Source: Octopus sinensis (taxonomy: Eukaryota). Taken from it: DNA of 64,000 bases. Position numbers and translations under genes: made by a program. Under the pieces are notes generated by a model that saw only the letters and a program-made list of their open reading frames with translations, had not been told where the DNA came from and did no database searches. Location: NCBI RefSeq assembly GCF_006345805.1, contig NC_043002.1:21018001-21082000 (forward strand), given 5' to 3'. Positions 24,584-37,725 of the stretch are shown in pieces. The stretch's first letter is position 1. Every line of letters begins with the position of its first letter.

Positions 24584-24627
<44 letters not shown>

Positions 24628-24900
24628 TCATAAATAAGGGTGAAAAATTAGATAGTAATTTAATAATACCATCAGTTTAACACCAAGTGGCTTAGCACAT
24701 AAAAAAAACCAGGGAGACAATACAAATTTATACATAAATAAGAGAGTTACCGTTAAGTGGTTAACTCTAATATATAATATATATAATATATATATATATA
24801 GGTTCAGTAAAATTTAGATTCAGATTAATATGGTACTTAAGTTAAAGGCACCCGAATTATTATGGTATTATCCATATAATTCAAAATGGGGTGATTATAA

Positions 24901-24963
24901 TCAAAATAAACAATAAGGATATCCGGAGTTATTACCTCTGGATATCCTTGTTGCTTATTTCGA
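24901..24963. repeat. 63-bp hairpin adjacent to (TA)n
   Basis: 28-bp arms with 4 mismatches; arm sequence recurs at 26615-26638 next to (TA)n. Confidence 0.85.
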
Positions 24964-24982
24964 TTATATATATATATATATA

Positions 24983-25344
24983 CTAGCAGTATCGCCCGGC
25001 GTTGCTCAGGTTTGTAAGGGAAATAACTATAAAGCATTTTTAGAGAGTTATAGCCAAAAAATAGCAAAAAAAGGGGAAAAAAATGATGGTAAATTTTTTT
25101 GAGAGTTAAAAAGGTCGAGTTGCGTCCCCTAGAATATCTGTAGTTTGTGTTTCTGATTGTCGACTCCATGTCGAATTTATCGATCTTTTTCAGAACTGGG
25201 GGAACTTTTCAAAATTTTCGCTGCGTTAGTTTTGAATTATGACATTGGGCTATGTGTGTGTCAAGTTTCATCAGAATCGGTTGAAAGCCGTGGTCAGGGT
25301 GAGGGTACAACCTAACAGACACACAGACAAACTGCCGTTTATAT

Positions 25345-25347
<3 letters not shown>
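24983..25347 (-). mobile_element. Non-autonomous Helitron
   Basis: Minus strand A|TCTATATAAA...GTCTGTGTGTCTG 5' end and GC-rich stretch then CTAG|T 3' end. Confidence 0.8.
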
Positions 25348-25381
<34 letters not shown>

Positions 25382-25423
25382 AATATATATATATATTATA
25401 TATATATATATATATATATTATC

Positions 25424-25493
<70 letters not shown>

Positions 25494-25509
25494 CGTATGC
25501 GCACGCGAA

Positions 25510-26035
25510 GAAAACACCTAACAACTAAGGTTATAATGCTAAACTGAACTCTTGGATTTAACCTTCACATTCTCAAAATTAAAGGTAAACACTCCATTAA
25601 TATGAAAATGAAACCAACCACAACCAAACGATGTGTCAAATCTACTGAATAACAACCTTCTTTTGTCAAATCCTTTGACCTGAAAAGGACACACCTATCT
25701 AAACATCCACACCCAATTACAAGACCATACATGTGTGAATTAATTCTAACCATAAGCACTCCCCCAACTTCAGTCAATAAAAATTCACCTTAACCTATAA
25801 CATAATTCAACAGAACTCAGGTGACTCTCGAAAATTTTAACTTGACAGAGACTACACAAGATCAAGACGAATTTAGCTAATTTACTGTCCGATGATGGCT
25901 AAATTTCCCGAAACTTCGTAGTCACTATCAATACTATTTCTGTTGAAGAATAATGAATTTGTACTCAACTGAATATATTGAGTAATCCTTCAATTTAATA
26001 TAAAATTGTTTTTATTATAAGATAAAAAACAAACA
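25510..26035 (+). mobile_element. Probable PLE 3' fragment with degenerate hammerhead-like motif
   Basis: CCGATGA-TGG...CCC-GAAAC-TTC-GTA at 25889-25920; AT-rich pLTR-like composition. Confidence 0.4.
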
Positions 26036-26049
26036 TCAATATAACATAT

Positions 26050-26469
26050 ACCCTATTATAAATTTGAGTGATGTTTTTCTGTCCGTCACGTTTTTATGTT
26101 CGTTAACTACCACTAAACCGTTGGTGCAAGGACAACGAAAGTCAAACCAGCAATTCCCTTAATCCCAGGGAATATCCTAAGGAGAGGGTCTAATTTTTTA
26201 AGGGCCGCATAATTGGAGCCCCATTGACACCCCACCCTTATTTTTAATGCATTTTAAACTAAAAACATGGCATTGGCGACTAAATCCGAGCAATGACAAT
26301 GAATTTCATATCATGAACTCCCAGGGAGTATCGTAAGGATGTCCAGTTTCTAAAGGTCCGCTTAAACGGGGCCCCCACTGACCCTTTATTTTTACTGCAT
26401 TACCTCGCTCCTACACTTATTGATTAAACTATGATCAGCATCATTGCTTAACACATTTGCAGAAACTAG
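26050..26469 (+). mobile_element. Helitron-like non-autonomous element
   Basis: CTATTATAAA...CTGTCCGTCACG start, ends CTAG (not followed by T). Confidence 0.45.
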
Positions 26470-26528
26470 CCTTGAAGCTGCCCCTATATATACATATACA
26501 TACATATATTCATATTTATATACATACA

Positions 26529-26614
<86 letters not shown>

Positions 26615-26617
<3 letters not shown>

Positions 26618-26765
26618 AAATAAGCAACAAGGATATCCAAGGTAGTGTAGTATAATCGTTTATCTGGTACTTCATTTTATTAAACAATTTTATTAAACAT
26701 CAGTTTTAAAATGTAAAGCAATCTTCAGACACATATAGAATTTTTTTAATTAAATGGACAATGTA
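26615..26765 (-). mobile_element. (TA)n-embedded PLE-like pLTR fragment
   Basis: About 110 bp match to 58070-58190; contains CTGAAGA on minus strand. Confidence 0.55.
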
Positions 26766-26802
<37 letters not shown>

Positions 26803-27714
26803 AAAAGGAAGAAAATGGAGGAATTGATGTTTAGACATCAGTGTTATTCAAAGATATTCTTCTTCTTTCTCATTCATAAATATTTTAAATACCAATATCA
26901 ATGCAAAACTAAAGTATATGGTTTTCATTGAACACTAGTACAAACCGGAGAACTAGGATGCAAACATCCCTAAAAGATTGTAGGTCCTCGGCACGATTAG
27001 ATGAGTGTGTGTGTGTGTGTGTTGTGTGTGTGTGTGTAGACGAGCAAAGCAAAGACAGAAAGTATACAAACACAAGAACAGTACAAATATGTTTGAGAGA
27101 TATTTGAACATGTGAAGGCTTTTCGCTGCAGTCTGTCGCTGTGAAGTATGGTTGCTGAATTCAGACCTTTTCCAGAGCATCTTTACTTTTTATTTTCCCG
27201 AGGCTTTGACAGCCTATGTACTTATGAACTAATATTGAAGGCTATCGACAAACACTGTGAAAACATAGATCACGCAAAATATTGGGAGAATAGAACAATT
27301 GCTTTCGATGCGCAGGACGGACTAACAAATGAACTATAGAAATCAATAATCGATCGAGTTCCTAAGTCGTGTACTTGTGTTTATCTGATATCTATCTATC
27401 AGTCTGTCTGTCTGTCTATTTATCTATCTATCTGACTGTATGTTTATCTATCTATCTATCTGTCTATCTATCTATCTATCCATCTGTCTGTCTGTCAATA
27501 TGTTTATCAGTGTTGTCTGTAGATTTTGCCTCTGATTTTTTTCTCTCTCATTTTATGCATCTTCCCGCTTTGTCTCTGCGTTTTCTTTTCTCTCTCCTGC
27601 CTGGCCAATGAATAAATGTAGCTGTCCCAGCCACTGCCATCCATTTCAATATATAGCCACTCTATCGCTTTCTCTCCCTCTGTTATTATATGTAGAGAGT
27701 GCGTATATATGTGC

Positions 27715-27745
<31 letters not shown>

Positions 27746-27998
27746 TGTATGTATGTATGTATGTATGTATGTATGTATGTATGTATGTATGTCATTCAGT
27801 TCATTTCAAGATTTCTTGCCAATACAGAAAGAGCCGGTTTCTAAGCTAGATCCAAGACTCCTTCACTGGAATCTCAAATCAACAACAGGATGTTTTGGTT
27901 TGTATGTCTGTGTGTATATATTTGCGCAGATTCGTATGTTTTATGCATGTATTCTCATGCATATAGTTGCATATCTAGACATGCTCATATATATTTAA

Positions 27999-28660
27999 AT
28001 GATAAACTTCTGGAAAGTTTTACAGATTTTTTCAGTTCCAGTGGTGGGTTGGATCTGTAGTCTTCGAATTAGCTTTTTCCTTTCTGACTTTGAGAAGCCT
28101 AATTTCTCAAAATTGGTACTTACTCAGTGTATTACATATCCCAGGGCCCCAATAATTACAGGTATAAACCTGAACTCGTAATCTGGATAGAGCAAATGCA
28201 GATTTCTCAATAGTTCTGCGTAGGCATTCTCTTTTTCACTGATCTTCAACTGGGCAGCTAATTTTCACAACTGTGCACTGTTTCTCTTCTCTATCCCAAA
28301 TCATTATATCAGGTCTGCTGTGCTTACGTTTTATTGAGGTCTTCACTGTACTCCTTTTTATTGTGAGTAACTATTGCTTCTACCATACTGTGGGTTCTTG
28401 TTTCTTTGTCCTCTGAGTTATCCTTCTGACAAAATTCATTATAGAGAGTCCTAGCTACATCATGTCTCATCGGTAGACAATACCGTGATGATATTTTCGG
28501 ACAACTCCTTATGATGTAGGGGATATTTTCGGTGTTAACTCCACAAAGTCTGCATCGGTTGTCACATTTTACTGCTTTTCCTGCATATCTGTCCCTCTTG
28601 TACATCAGGTACTTGGTTGATATTTCCTGTTCCTGGAAATATTTCACAAGTACCATGAAA
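27999..28660 (-). mobile_element. R4/R2-type REL non-LTR fragment (another subfamily)
   Basis: CRLCGVNTENIPYIIRSCP...RHDVA...PDIMIWD...FIPVIIGALG. Confidence 0.8.
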
Positions 28661-28823
28661 TGTGAAGGAAACCTCCGTCTACGCAGTTAATCACCTACTC
28701 ACGTCCTGCCACCACTAGTTCTATTACTCTAGTTTTCTATTATCAGTTCAGCAACAGGCTGCGGCCAAGCTGGAGCACTGCTATTAACATTAATGCATAT
28801 TTATTTTAGACTCATTTCCCGGT

Positions 28824-28991
28824 CACTAGCATAGCTAGAGTGGAGCAGGAGGCGGTCCGCCTTGAGCGACACTTTTATGGAGGCTATACCACTCTTGAGT
28901 CGGTTGTAAGCAATATGTATTTTCCGTGGGGACTCGGGGACGTTACATTGCAAGGCTGCCTCTGGCGGCACACACTCTAGCTATGCTAGTG
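28824..28991. mobile_element. hAT-like MITE (19-bp TIR CACTAGCATAGCTAGAGTG)
   Basis: Perfect TIR; 8-bp TSD TTCCCGGT/TTCCTAGT; second copy 49156-49312. Confidence 0.85.
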
Positions 28992-29221
28992 TTCCTAGTC
29001 CTGTCTCCGCAATCGACCCTGGTGAAGTAGCGAGATGGACAGAGCTGCGCTTCTTTGCATTTCTTGGTGTGGTGTAGGTTCGTCTAGTACACTGGTTCTC
29101 TAACATTTTTATTTTGGTTCCTATTTTGTTCTGCTGGACCCTGAAAGCCATTCGATGTTAAAACAAAAAAAAGAAATCATTATATTTTTACAATTAAATA
29201 TCATTTTGAATTATCTTTTCC

Positions 29222-29652
29222 TTCACTGCGGCCATGCTGGGCACAACCTTGAATTTTTTTTACTCGAATGAATCGATCTCAGAACTATTTTTTTTCAAAG
29301 CCTGGTACTTATTGTATCGGTTCCTTTTGCTATATTACGGGGATTTAAACACACCAACACCGGCTGTCAAGCAGTGGTGGGGGACAGACACAAGGACATA
29401 CACACCCACCCATCCCTCTATCCATTCATACATCCATGCATATGTATGTCATATATGTTTGTATGTATGTATATATATATATACACCCGATGGGCTTCTT
29501 TCAGTTTCTGTCTACCAAATCCACTCACAAAGTTTTGATCGGCCCTAAGTTATAGCCGAAAACACTTGCCCAAGGTGCCACGCAGTGGGACAGAGCGTGG
29601 AATCGTGTAGTTGGGAAGCAAGCTTCTTTCCACACAACCACACCTGTGCCTA
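29222..29652 (-). mobile_element. SINE family A
   Basis: Full length, diverged. Confidence 0.85.
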
Positions 29653-30469
29653 TGATTGTATTAAAAAAATTATTAACATATTTTGTGTATTGTAGAATTA
29701 TAACCAATTTATTGCTTATAAATTTTAACTACAAAATCTTGTACGGACCCCCAAAGGTCATGTGACCCTGGTTGACAACCAGTAGTCTAGTATAACAGAT
29801 AAGAATATGTCTAATTGTTCTTTGAACGGATTCACATGTACAACGCGTAGGTCAGTGAAGCTTTTCATTCGGACCTCAAAGCTGGAATGTTTTGATTTAT
29901 CAATCTGCTTAATCAGGACTTAAGACTGATCTAAGTTTCGTCGTCGTGGTTCACCAATGGATACAAAAGCACAAAGACGCGTACCCCACTACATACACAT
30001 ACATAATCCTCATGCGTCCAACGAGCATATTTGACCACTAATGCATACACACATGCATATCAGTGCTTAGAAAAAAAGTACACAGACACACACCTACACA
30101 CAGACTGATGCTCGCTGGCACTCCCACATACGCCAACACACATTTATTGGAATGCATATAAAAATACACAAATCGCAGAACACAAAGCGGAAACGTTTCT
30201 TGTTGAACAACATAATACACAGGTGCAGTCAATTTGTACACCTTTCCATTCAACACTTGTCGTTTTACGGCTACGTGAATGTCTCAGCATATCTATGCGA
30301 ATTGTAGGTCATATATATATATATATATATTTATGAATTTTTTTGCGTAATAAGATAAAAAAGCCAAGGCTGTTCGCAAAATTACCGAATCTGGAACTTA
30401 ACTATGGTCTGTCTATAGCACTTATTCAACATTACCTGATACCTTTGGGTCTCAATGACACCTTTATCT

Positions 30470-30471
30470 CT

Positions 30472-30506
<35 letters not shown>

Positions 30507-30525
30507 TATATATATAATATATATA

Positions 30526-30559
<34 letters not shown>

Positions 30560-30820
30560 CATGTGTGTATGCATGCATGTATGTATGTATGTATGTATGT
30601 ATGTATGTATGTATTATGTATGTATGTATGTATGTATATATGTGTGTGTGTGTAAGTGCGTGTATGTATATATGTGTATGTATGAATATATGTATGTATT
30701 CATGTGTGTATGTATGTATGTTTGAATATATCGTGTGTGAGTATGTGTGTGTGTGTATGTATATATGTATTTATATATATGCATGTATGAATATATGTGT
30801 GTGTGCGTGTGTGTGTAAGA
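30470..30820. repeat. Compound TA/TATG/TG microsatellite
   Basis: Direct reading. Confidence 0.95.
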
Positions 30821-31289
30821 TCCTAGAGTCTGTAGTATCTAACTTTGGAGTTGAAAGCTTTACCAGTCCCTGATCTGTTCACCACAGCATAGTACTAAAG
30901 ATCTTACCCCTTCCATCTAGAGTAATATTTTGACTGATCAGGATTCAAGGTCCCACGAGATCTACGAAGCATAGATGTGGATGTGTTCAAAGAACATTTG
31001 GATAATTTTTCAACTGAGACACCAGATGAACCCACATGAGGGCAAGAACGCAAATAAATTCAACATTCTCCAATTCACTGCTTCATCTGGACCAAACACG
31101 TAGGGAAAGTCGTGGAAATGAAATGAAATAAGATAAATCATATAAATGACAGTACTTCAGCATAGCCGCAACTTCTGGCTGAAAGAAGTAAAAGTATGAA
31201 TATATATATATATATATACATACGTGTATGTGTGTGTGTAAAGCATTCAATTCTGTGCCACACTAACTAGTCATGGCAAAACTCTGCAA

Positions 31290-31690
31290 TGGGTGTGAAA
31301 GATTATCTCTATATCTGGCTGAAGTTCTTCATTCTCGGTTGAAAAGAAGTAGTTATCCTTCTAGGACACCATTCTTCACTCTACGAGATGACTTCTTGTG
31401 TATCACAGAGATCCGTTCTTGGACCCCTACTGTTTGTTTTCTATATTAATGAAATAGATGCCAACTTGAAGAATGTTACAGTGTTGAAATATGCAGATGA
31501 CATCAAACTGTACCCCGAGATACAAAGAACAGATCCTCTGCGCTGTAAATCTTTCCTGCAATCAGACCTAGGCACAACGCAGCAATGGATTTCTGACTGG
31601 CAATTCGAGCTAGCCGTAGACAAGTGCGTCACCATGTACTTTGGGAGGAAAAACCCAGCCATTACATACTCCATACTCCCTCAACGACAC
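31290..31690 (+). mobile_element. CR1-group RT fragment
   Basis: SCVSQRSVLGPLLFVFYINEI...LKYADDIKLY...WQFELAVDKCVTMYFG; a CR1-like tail fragment also at 30900-31040. Confidence 0.85.
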
Positions 31691-31866
31691 TAATCTCAAG
31701 AAGTCTGCTAGTTACAAAATCAAAGACAACACAGCACCCACAGCTCCGTCGCGAGACTTTTAGAGAGTCCCTGCAACTTCTCATTTCGAGGCCCCTTCCC
31801 TTCAATCAAAATTCATAATCTACGCACTTTTTATTCATAGCTATTTTTTACTTTATTCCAACTGAA

Positions 31867-31903
<37 letters not shown>

Positions 31904-31904
31904 A

Positions 31905-32148
<244 letters not shown>

Positions 32149-32299
32149 GGGCTTAGCTTGACCCTGCCTGAGATTTCAAACCAAATGTTGGCACCACCGA
32201 AAGTTCGGAACACGGGCGCAAAAATGCATGATCTCATGCTCGTTTTCAGGATCCCGTTCGAGAAACGACACAACCAGGAATTGAACGTAACGGAAGTTC

Positions 32300-32420
32300 C
32301 TGGCTCTCATCCACGAAGTCGCCTGTTATTCGTTTACGATCGTTTACAGGTACGCGTTTCCTTGTTGACACCGGCGTGGAAGCCAGCATAATCTGTTTCT
32401 TGCACTACAAGCGACAAGCA
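32300..32420 (+). mobile_element. Ty3/Gypsy-type aspartic protease fragment
   Basis: SRLLFVYDR-(frameshift)-TGTRFLVDTGVEASII. Confidence 0.65.
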
Positions 32421-32464
32421 GGTAAAATTGGCTTCAAATCTCAGGCAGGATCAAGCTAGATCCC

Positions 32465-32519
<55 letters not shown>

Positions 32520-32521
<2 letters not shown>

Positions 32522-33580
32522 GTCTGATAAATTCGTTCGTTTTTTTCTTTTTGTTTATTTTTCATGAAAAGTTTTAACAAAGCAATCAATAATATATTCT
32601 CCTTCATTGTTCACGACTTCTTGCCAGCTTTTCGCTAACTTGTCAATCGATTCCTTAAAAGTTAAAATCAGCGGTTCTTGACTCGAAGAATTCATCGAGC
32701 CACGTTTTCAGTTCTACGTCGTTGTTGAAAAAAGCGCCTCGCAAACTGTTGCAGAGCGTCTGAAAAAGACGGAATGGTCTATAACAGGAGACTACGGTGG
32801 GTGTGATAGAACTTCCCAAGTTCTTGTATAGCATTTTTGGCCAAATTAGCGATGTGGGGACAAGCATTTTTGTGTTGAAGAAGCATGCCGTGTCGTCGGT
32901 CTGACCGTTCCGGCTTGATTGCCTCGTTGAACTGATTCATTTGCTGAATGCAAACCTTTGCATTATTTTCAAACATTTAGTAGTGGACTAGCCCTTCCAA
33001 ATGCTGACTATTGTCTTGCACGGATGCTGCTCTGGTTTGGCTCGAGTATTTGCTTGCTTTTTCGGACTCGCAGACCGTCCTTCCTATACTTCATATTAAC
33101 GCAAAGGCACTGTTTTTCAATGCCAGTGACGACACAGTAAAGAAATATCTCTTTGTGTTCATGACTAGTCTGGTGTCAAGAGAGTACTGGAGTTTGTCTC
33201 TCTCGTACTGAAGTTTGTATCTTTCGTACTGGAGTTTGTCTCGAGTTTTGGGGCTTTAGCCATCGAGTGAAAGTGATGAACGATGATATCTTCTGAGCAT
33301 CTCACCTGCTAGGTCAATTCGCCAGTGGATTGGCTCGGGTCCTTGCTGATGAGCTCATTCAATCATCTCCGATGAAGCGAACAAGTCATCCAGAACACAG
33401 AGAATCTGTAACGTCGAATTTCCCGTCCCTGAAATATGAACATAATTTCTCCGTACACAGCACAAATATCTCGAGTGGCTTTGACAACTTTGGAACCTCG
33501 AACTGAAAGTGAAGAAAAGCAGGTGTGGAAAATGCTAATTTTTATCTTTCTGCTTGGCGCTCCATCATCATACATCTGAA
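32520..33580 (-). mobile_element. Mariner transposon relic
   Basis: N-terminal GSKVVKATRDICAVYGE; C-terminal HKNACPH (HDNARPH-like)...LCNSLRG..FNNDVELKTWLDEFF...W.EVVNNEGEYIID. Confidence 0.85.
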
Positions 33581-33644
33581 AAAAGGTAAAATTTATTCAA
33601 ATTTCATGAAAACGATAAACATAAGTTGTAAAAGAACAGAGCTA

Positions 33645-34080
33645 GGATCTTTTCGGTTTGACCGGCAGTTTTTTCTAGCGGTGTCATATGAAATTGTCAC
33701 CCATAATCATGACCCTAGTATCGATCTCTTGCATTTCAATCTGTTTTAGGGTTAGGGTTAGTTAGGGTTAGGGTTAGGGGTGGGGGAAGGGTATCTTTTT
33801 TTCTTCACAAATGTAAATAAACCCAATCTGTTTCTTAAACGAGGGACATATTCATACGGCACAGAATGTTTTTTTTTACCTCAATAGATGCCATTGATTG
33901 GTTGAAATTGCAGAAATTGAAGAAAAAACAACAACAAATATCTTACAAACCATAGAATTTTCTCAATAAAGCCAAGAGAAAAAGATGTTTTATAAACACA
34001 TTCTATCAGTATACGAAGTTTAAATTTTTTTAGTTACCTAGAAATTATGTTAAAAACTGCCGTTCAAACCGAAAAGATCC
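33645..34080 (+). mobile_element. TTAGGG-bearing MITE (copy 3)
   Basis: Same TIRs; TSD CAGAGCTA at 33637-33644 and 34081-34088. Confidence 0.93.
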
Positions 34081-34159
34081 CAGAGCTATAAAAAAACCCC
34101 TATAAAACACTTAGATAAAAATATTTTCAATGTTAATTCAAATAGCATTCGAATACTCA

Positions 34160-34225
<66 letters not shown>

Positions 34226-34668
34226 GCACGCACTCATATTCACATACGTGACATGTGAGTTTTGTACATTGTGATCAATTGAGCATCTTGACCCTCCCGG
34301 TATTTATTTTGATTTAAATGTGAAGATATCATTTAAAGTAACAGTAAAGATAAACGCTCAAAGCAATCCTATCTTCATATCATATCCCTTTAAAAAAGCG
34401 GGGAAAACGGAATAAAATTGAAGATATAAACGCCGACACTATCGTGCTATTATGAGCGTTAATTCGTAATCATGTGTTTCTGGGTTGACCCCATGAGCGA
34501 ATATCTTCTTGAGAGAACATATGATATACAGATACTGTGCAGAAATTTGTCAGATGCATTGTAACTGTTCCTGCATGATGTCGCTAGGTCTAAGAATTGT
34601 CTTTACAGATTAATCAGCAAGCCAAGTTTGCGATACGGGTTCTATCCGTGGCTGAATCGTACGTGGTA

Positions 34669-35113
34669 CAAGTCGTCATCGACTTACGACCAAAATCGGT
34701 TCCGACTGGCTGGTCGTAAGTCGAGTTGGTCGTAAGTCGGCCTATAGGCCAATATAGCTATGTTTTACATTTTCACATTCTTAAGGTACATTCTCAGGTA
34801 AAAGTCACACACAGCATTCTGTATTATACTATTATACTGGCGTTAGTAAAAAATTTCGGAGTTTCAAGCAAATGCGAGGTTGCCTCGAGGTCTCTGCCAC
34901 AGGATATTCATCCAACACAGTGGCGATCGATAACCAAACCTAGGGGTAGTATTTGTTAGCTGACATCATCCGTAGACGGGTTAAAATTTGTAAGAAATTA
35001 AACCCATTAAATTTCAACCGGACTATTTATTATTGCTGCCGACAGCTGACTCGCCAATCGTCGTAAGGTCGTTCGGTCGTAAGTCGGATAGGTCGTAAGT
35101 CGACGACGACCTG
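34669..35113. mobile_element. pogo/Tigger-like MITE
   Basis: TA-flanked TIR CA(A/G)GTCGTC(A/G)TCGACTTACGACC; repeated subterminal GGTCGTAAGTCG. Confidence 0.85.
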
Positions 35114-35149
35114 TATTTACAAAAGAAGTCATTGGAAATAATTGTTGCA

Positions 35150-35420
35150 TGAGGACGAAGGTCACTTAACAACATTGATGTTATTAGCAAACATTACATA
35201 AAACTCAAGATATACCAAAGCCAACGGCGGACAGAGATTCTCGCTGTTGCGTGGTGAAACGTGTTTCGGTTACGGTCACTTGAAAGAAACTGTGTATATA
35301 CCTGTCGCTTCTGTCAATATTAAGTGTATAAGGCCGTTTATATGATGGCTGTGTGCGTATACGTGCGTGAGTGCGCTCGCGTGTTGTGTAACTGCTGTCT
35401 GTGACCGTTGTGTGTTGGGG
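35150..35420 (+). promoter_or_regulatory. CpG-retaining segment, candidate promoter/first exon
   Basis: CpG-rich unique DNA upstream of candidate plus-strand exons. Confidence 0.3.
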
Positions 35421-36166
35421 AGGTTTCGTTTCTATATTTATTAGGTGTATGTGTGTGCTGTCTCTGTAAGTGTTGCATGTGTGTTGTCTGTATGAACGTA
35501 GTGAGTGTGTGTCTGAAGTTTAATATTTGTATGAGTATTGTGTGATTGTCGTAAGCGAGAATGTCAGTTTGTCATCATGTGCGTGTGAATATTGCTAATC
35601 TATCGCACCGTTTATCTTCTATAATCCCGTTTCTGTCTCGGATACTTTATAAGGAATATTAGATTAACGTCAGTACTTGACTGGCTGTAGGCGCAGCAAA
35701 GCCGAATGGCTAAAATGTTCGCTTCACGACTATATGGCATCTTAGAGCAAAAGTAATTACTACCTTGCGTCAACCCATGCCTTGTAGGTGAAACTAGTTT
35801 GGCGGAAACTATGCGGAAACCTATCGGATGGATTGAACCTGAATTCAAAGGCCCAGCCTTATCAGACTGAGTCACCTTGTTTCCTCTGAGAATTACGTTA
35901 GAGGTACTCGTGCCTATGGAATACTCAGCCACTTGCACGCTAGTTCAATGAATCTGGTAGTTAAGCTGATCGAACAGCTAAAAAGTCTATATTACTTATA
36001 CCTTTGGTTTTTCATTATATTCCCTTATAATATGATAATGAAAATCGGTATTGGTCATCCCTATCCTTCTTTCTTCCAATTATCCCCTCTTCCCCATCAG
36101 GCATCCCTTACTACTAACCCTACGCCCTACCCTTTTGTGTCAATAAAGCTAGATATATGATTCTAG

Positions 36167-36290
36167 TACATTGAGAGTCTAGTAGATTATCTGATTGATT
36201 TATCACCATTAACTGGAATACAGTTGACAACTCCCAATGGATTTGGTTCTAAATGGTTGAAGACTACATTCTACATAAAGTCTTCTAAGT
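36167..36290 (+). CDS. Candidate exon, unknown product
   Basis: TTCTAG acceptor (weak), GTAAGT donor, one open frame YIESLVDYLIDLSPLTGIQLTTPNGFGSKWLKTTFYIKSSK. Confidence 0.35.
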
Positions 36291-36934
36291 GTAAGTAACT
36301 AGGTCACCACTCTTTTTTTTTTTTCCTGATCCCCAATATTTCCTCTGATACTCTCTAAATTATAGTAGACTTGACAAGATATGCATTATTTTCTAAACTC
36401 GTTCTGCCACAGATATGACAAAAGAAATAATGTAAATATTTTTAGTTCCATTATTGATGTGAATCTGTTAAGGAATTGTTGTATCCCAGATGTTTGAAGT
36501 CTATGCAGTCATCTGATGAGTATGGTTTCTTTCAAATGATGTAATGTTTTCATTAATCAATTAAAGGAGTCACTTGAAATAGCTGTAAGGAATTGACAGC
36601 TGTACATCTTTATTACTCATTTACATTTTATTCACCTAACCTGAAATCTGCAATTTGGAAATACTATAGAGAGTACCTTTATTGAAAGCACATATCTGAA
36701 TTACCATGAGTGGATATCTTTACTTAGCTAGGTTGCATTGTCTGCACACATGGCAAGAATATCAGGTGCAAATACCCCTACTTGATATTCAATATTCAAT
36801 TAATATTGTTTGGGCGTGTGGATTATACCGACCTAGCAAGGTGTCTCAATTTAAGTACCTAATCCAACAGAATCTTAATTATACGCATACATACACACAC
36901 GCACACACACACACATATGTATATCATCATAATC

Positions 36935-37725
36935 ATCATCATCATCATCATCATCATCATTTAACGTCCGCTTTTCATGCTAGCATGGGTTGGACGATTT
37001 GACTGAGGACTGGCGAACCAGATGGCTGCGCCAGGCTCCAATCTGATCTGGCAGAGTTTCTACAGCTGGATGCCCTTCCTAACGCCAACCTCTCCAAGAG
37101 TGTAGTGAGTGCTTTTATGTGCCAGCAGCACGATGGCCAGTCAGGCGGTACTGGCAACGGCCACGCTCGAAATGGTGTTTTTTACGTGCCATCTGCACTG
37201 GAGTCAGTCCAGAGACACTGGCAACGACCTCACTTGAATGCTTTGTTCATGTGCCACCAGCACAAGTGCCAGTAAGGCGACGCTGGTAACGATCATGCTC
37301 AAATGGTGCTTTTTACGTGCCACCGGCACAGAAGCCAGACAGCTGCTCTGGCAGTGATCCCGCTCGGATGGAGCTGTTAGCGCTCCACTGGCATGGGTGC
37401 CAGTCATCGAATTTGGTTCAATTTCGATTTCACTTGCCCCAACAGGTCTGTGCAAGCAGAGTTTTGTGTTCAAAGAAGGAAAGGTATGCATAAGTGGGCT
37501 GGCTACATCCCTGGTAAAGGCCACGGATTCTGGTCTCACTTGTCCTGCCGGGCCTTCTCACGCACTGCATATTTCCAGAGGTCTCAGTCACTAGTCATTG
37601 CCTTTGTGAGGCCTAATGTTTGAAGGTCATGCTTCACCACCTCGTCCCAGGTTTTCCTGGGTCTACCTCTTCCACAGGTTCCCTCAACAGCTAGGGTGTA
37701 GCACTTTTTCACACACCTATTATCA
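36935..37725 (-). mobile_element. RTE-type LINE 3' end (family D) with ORF2 C-terminus
   Basis: DNRCVKKCYTLAVEGTCGRGRPRKTWDEVVKHDL, then repeat-rich UTR and (TGA)n tail. Confidence 0.88.

Noticed and set aside
36513-36545. CTGATGAG as a hammerhead core
   Set aside because: No downstream GAAA or helices
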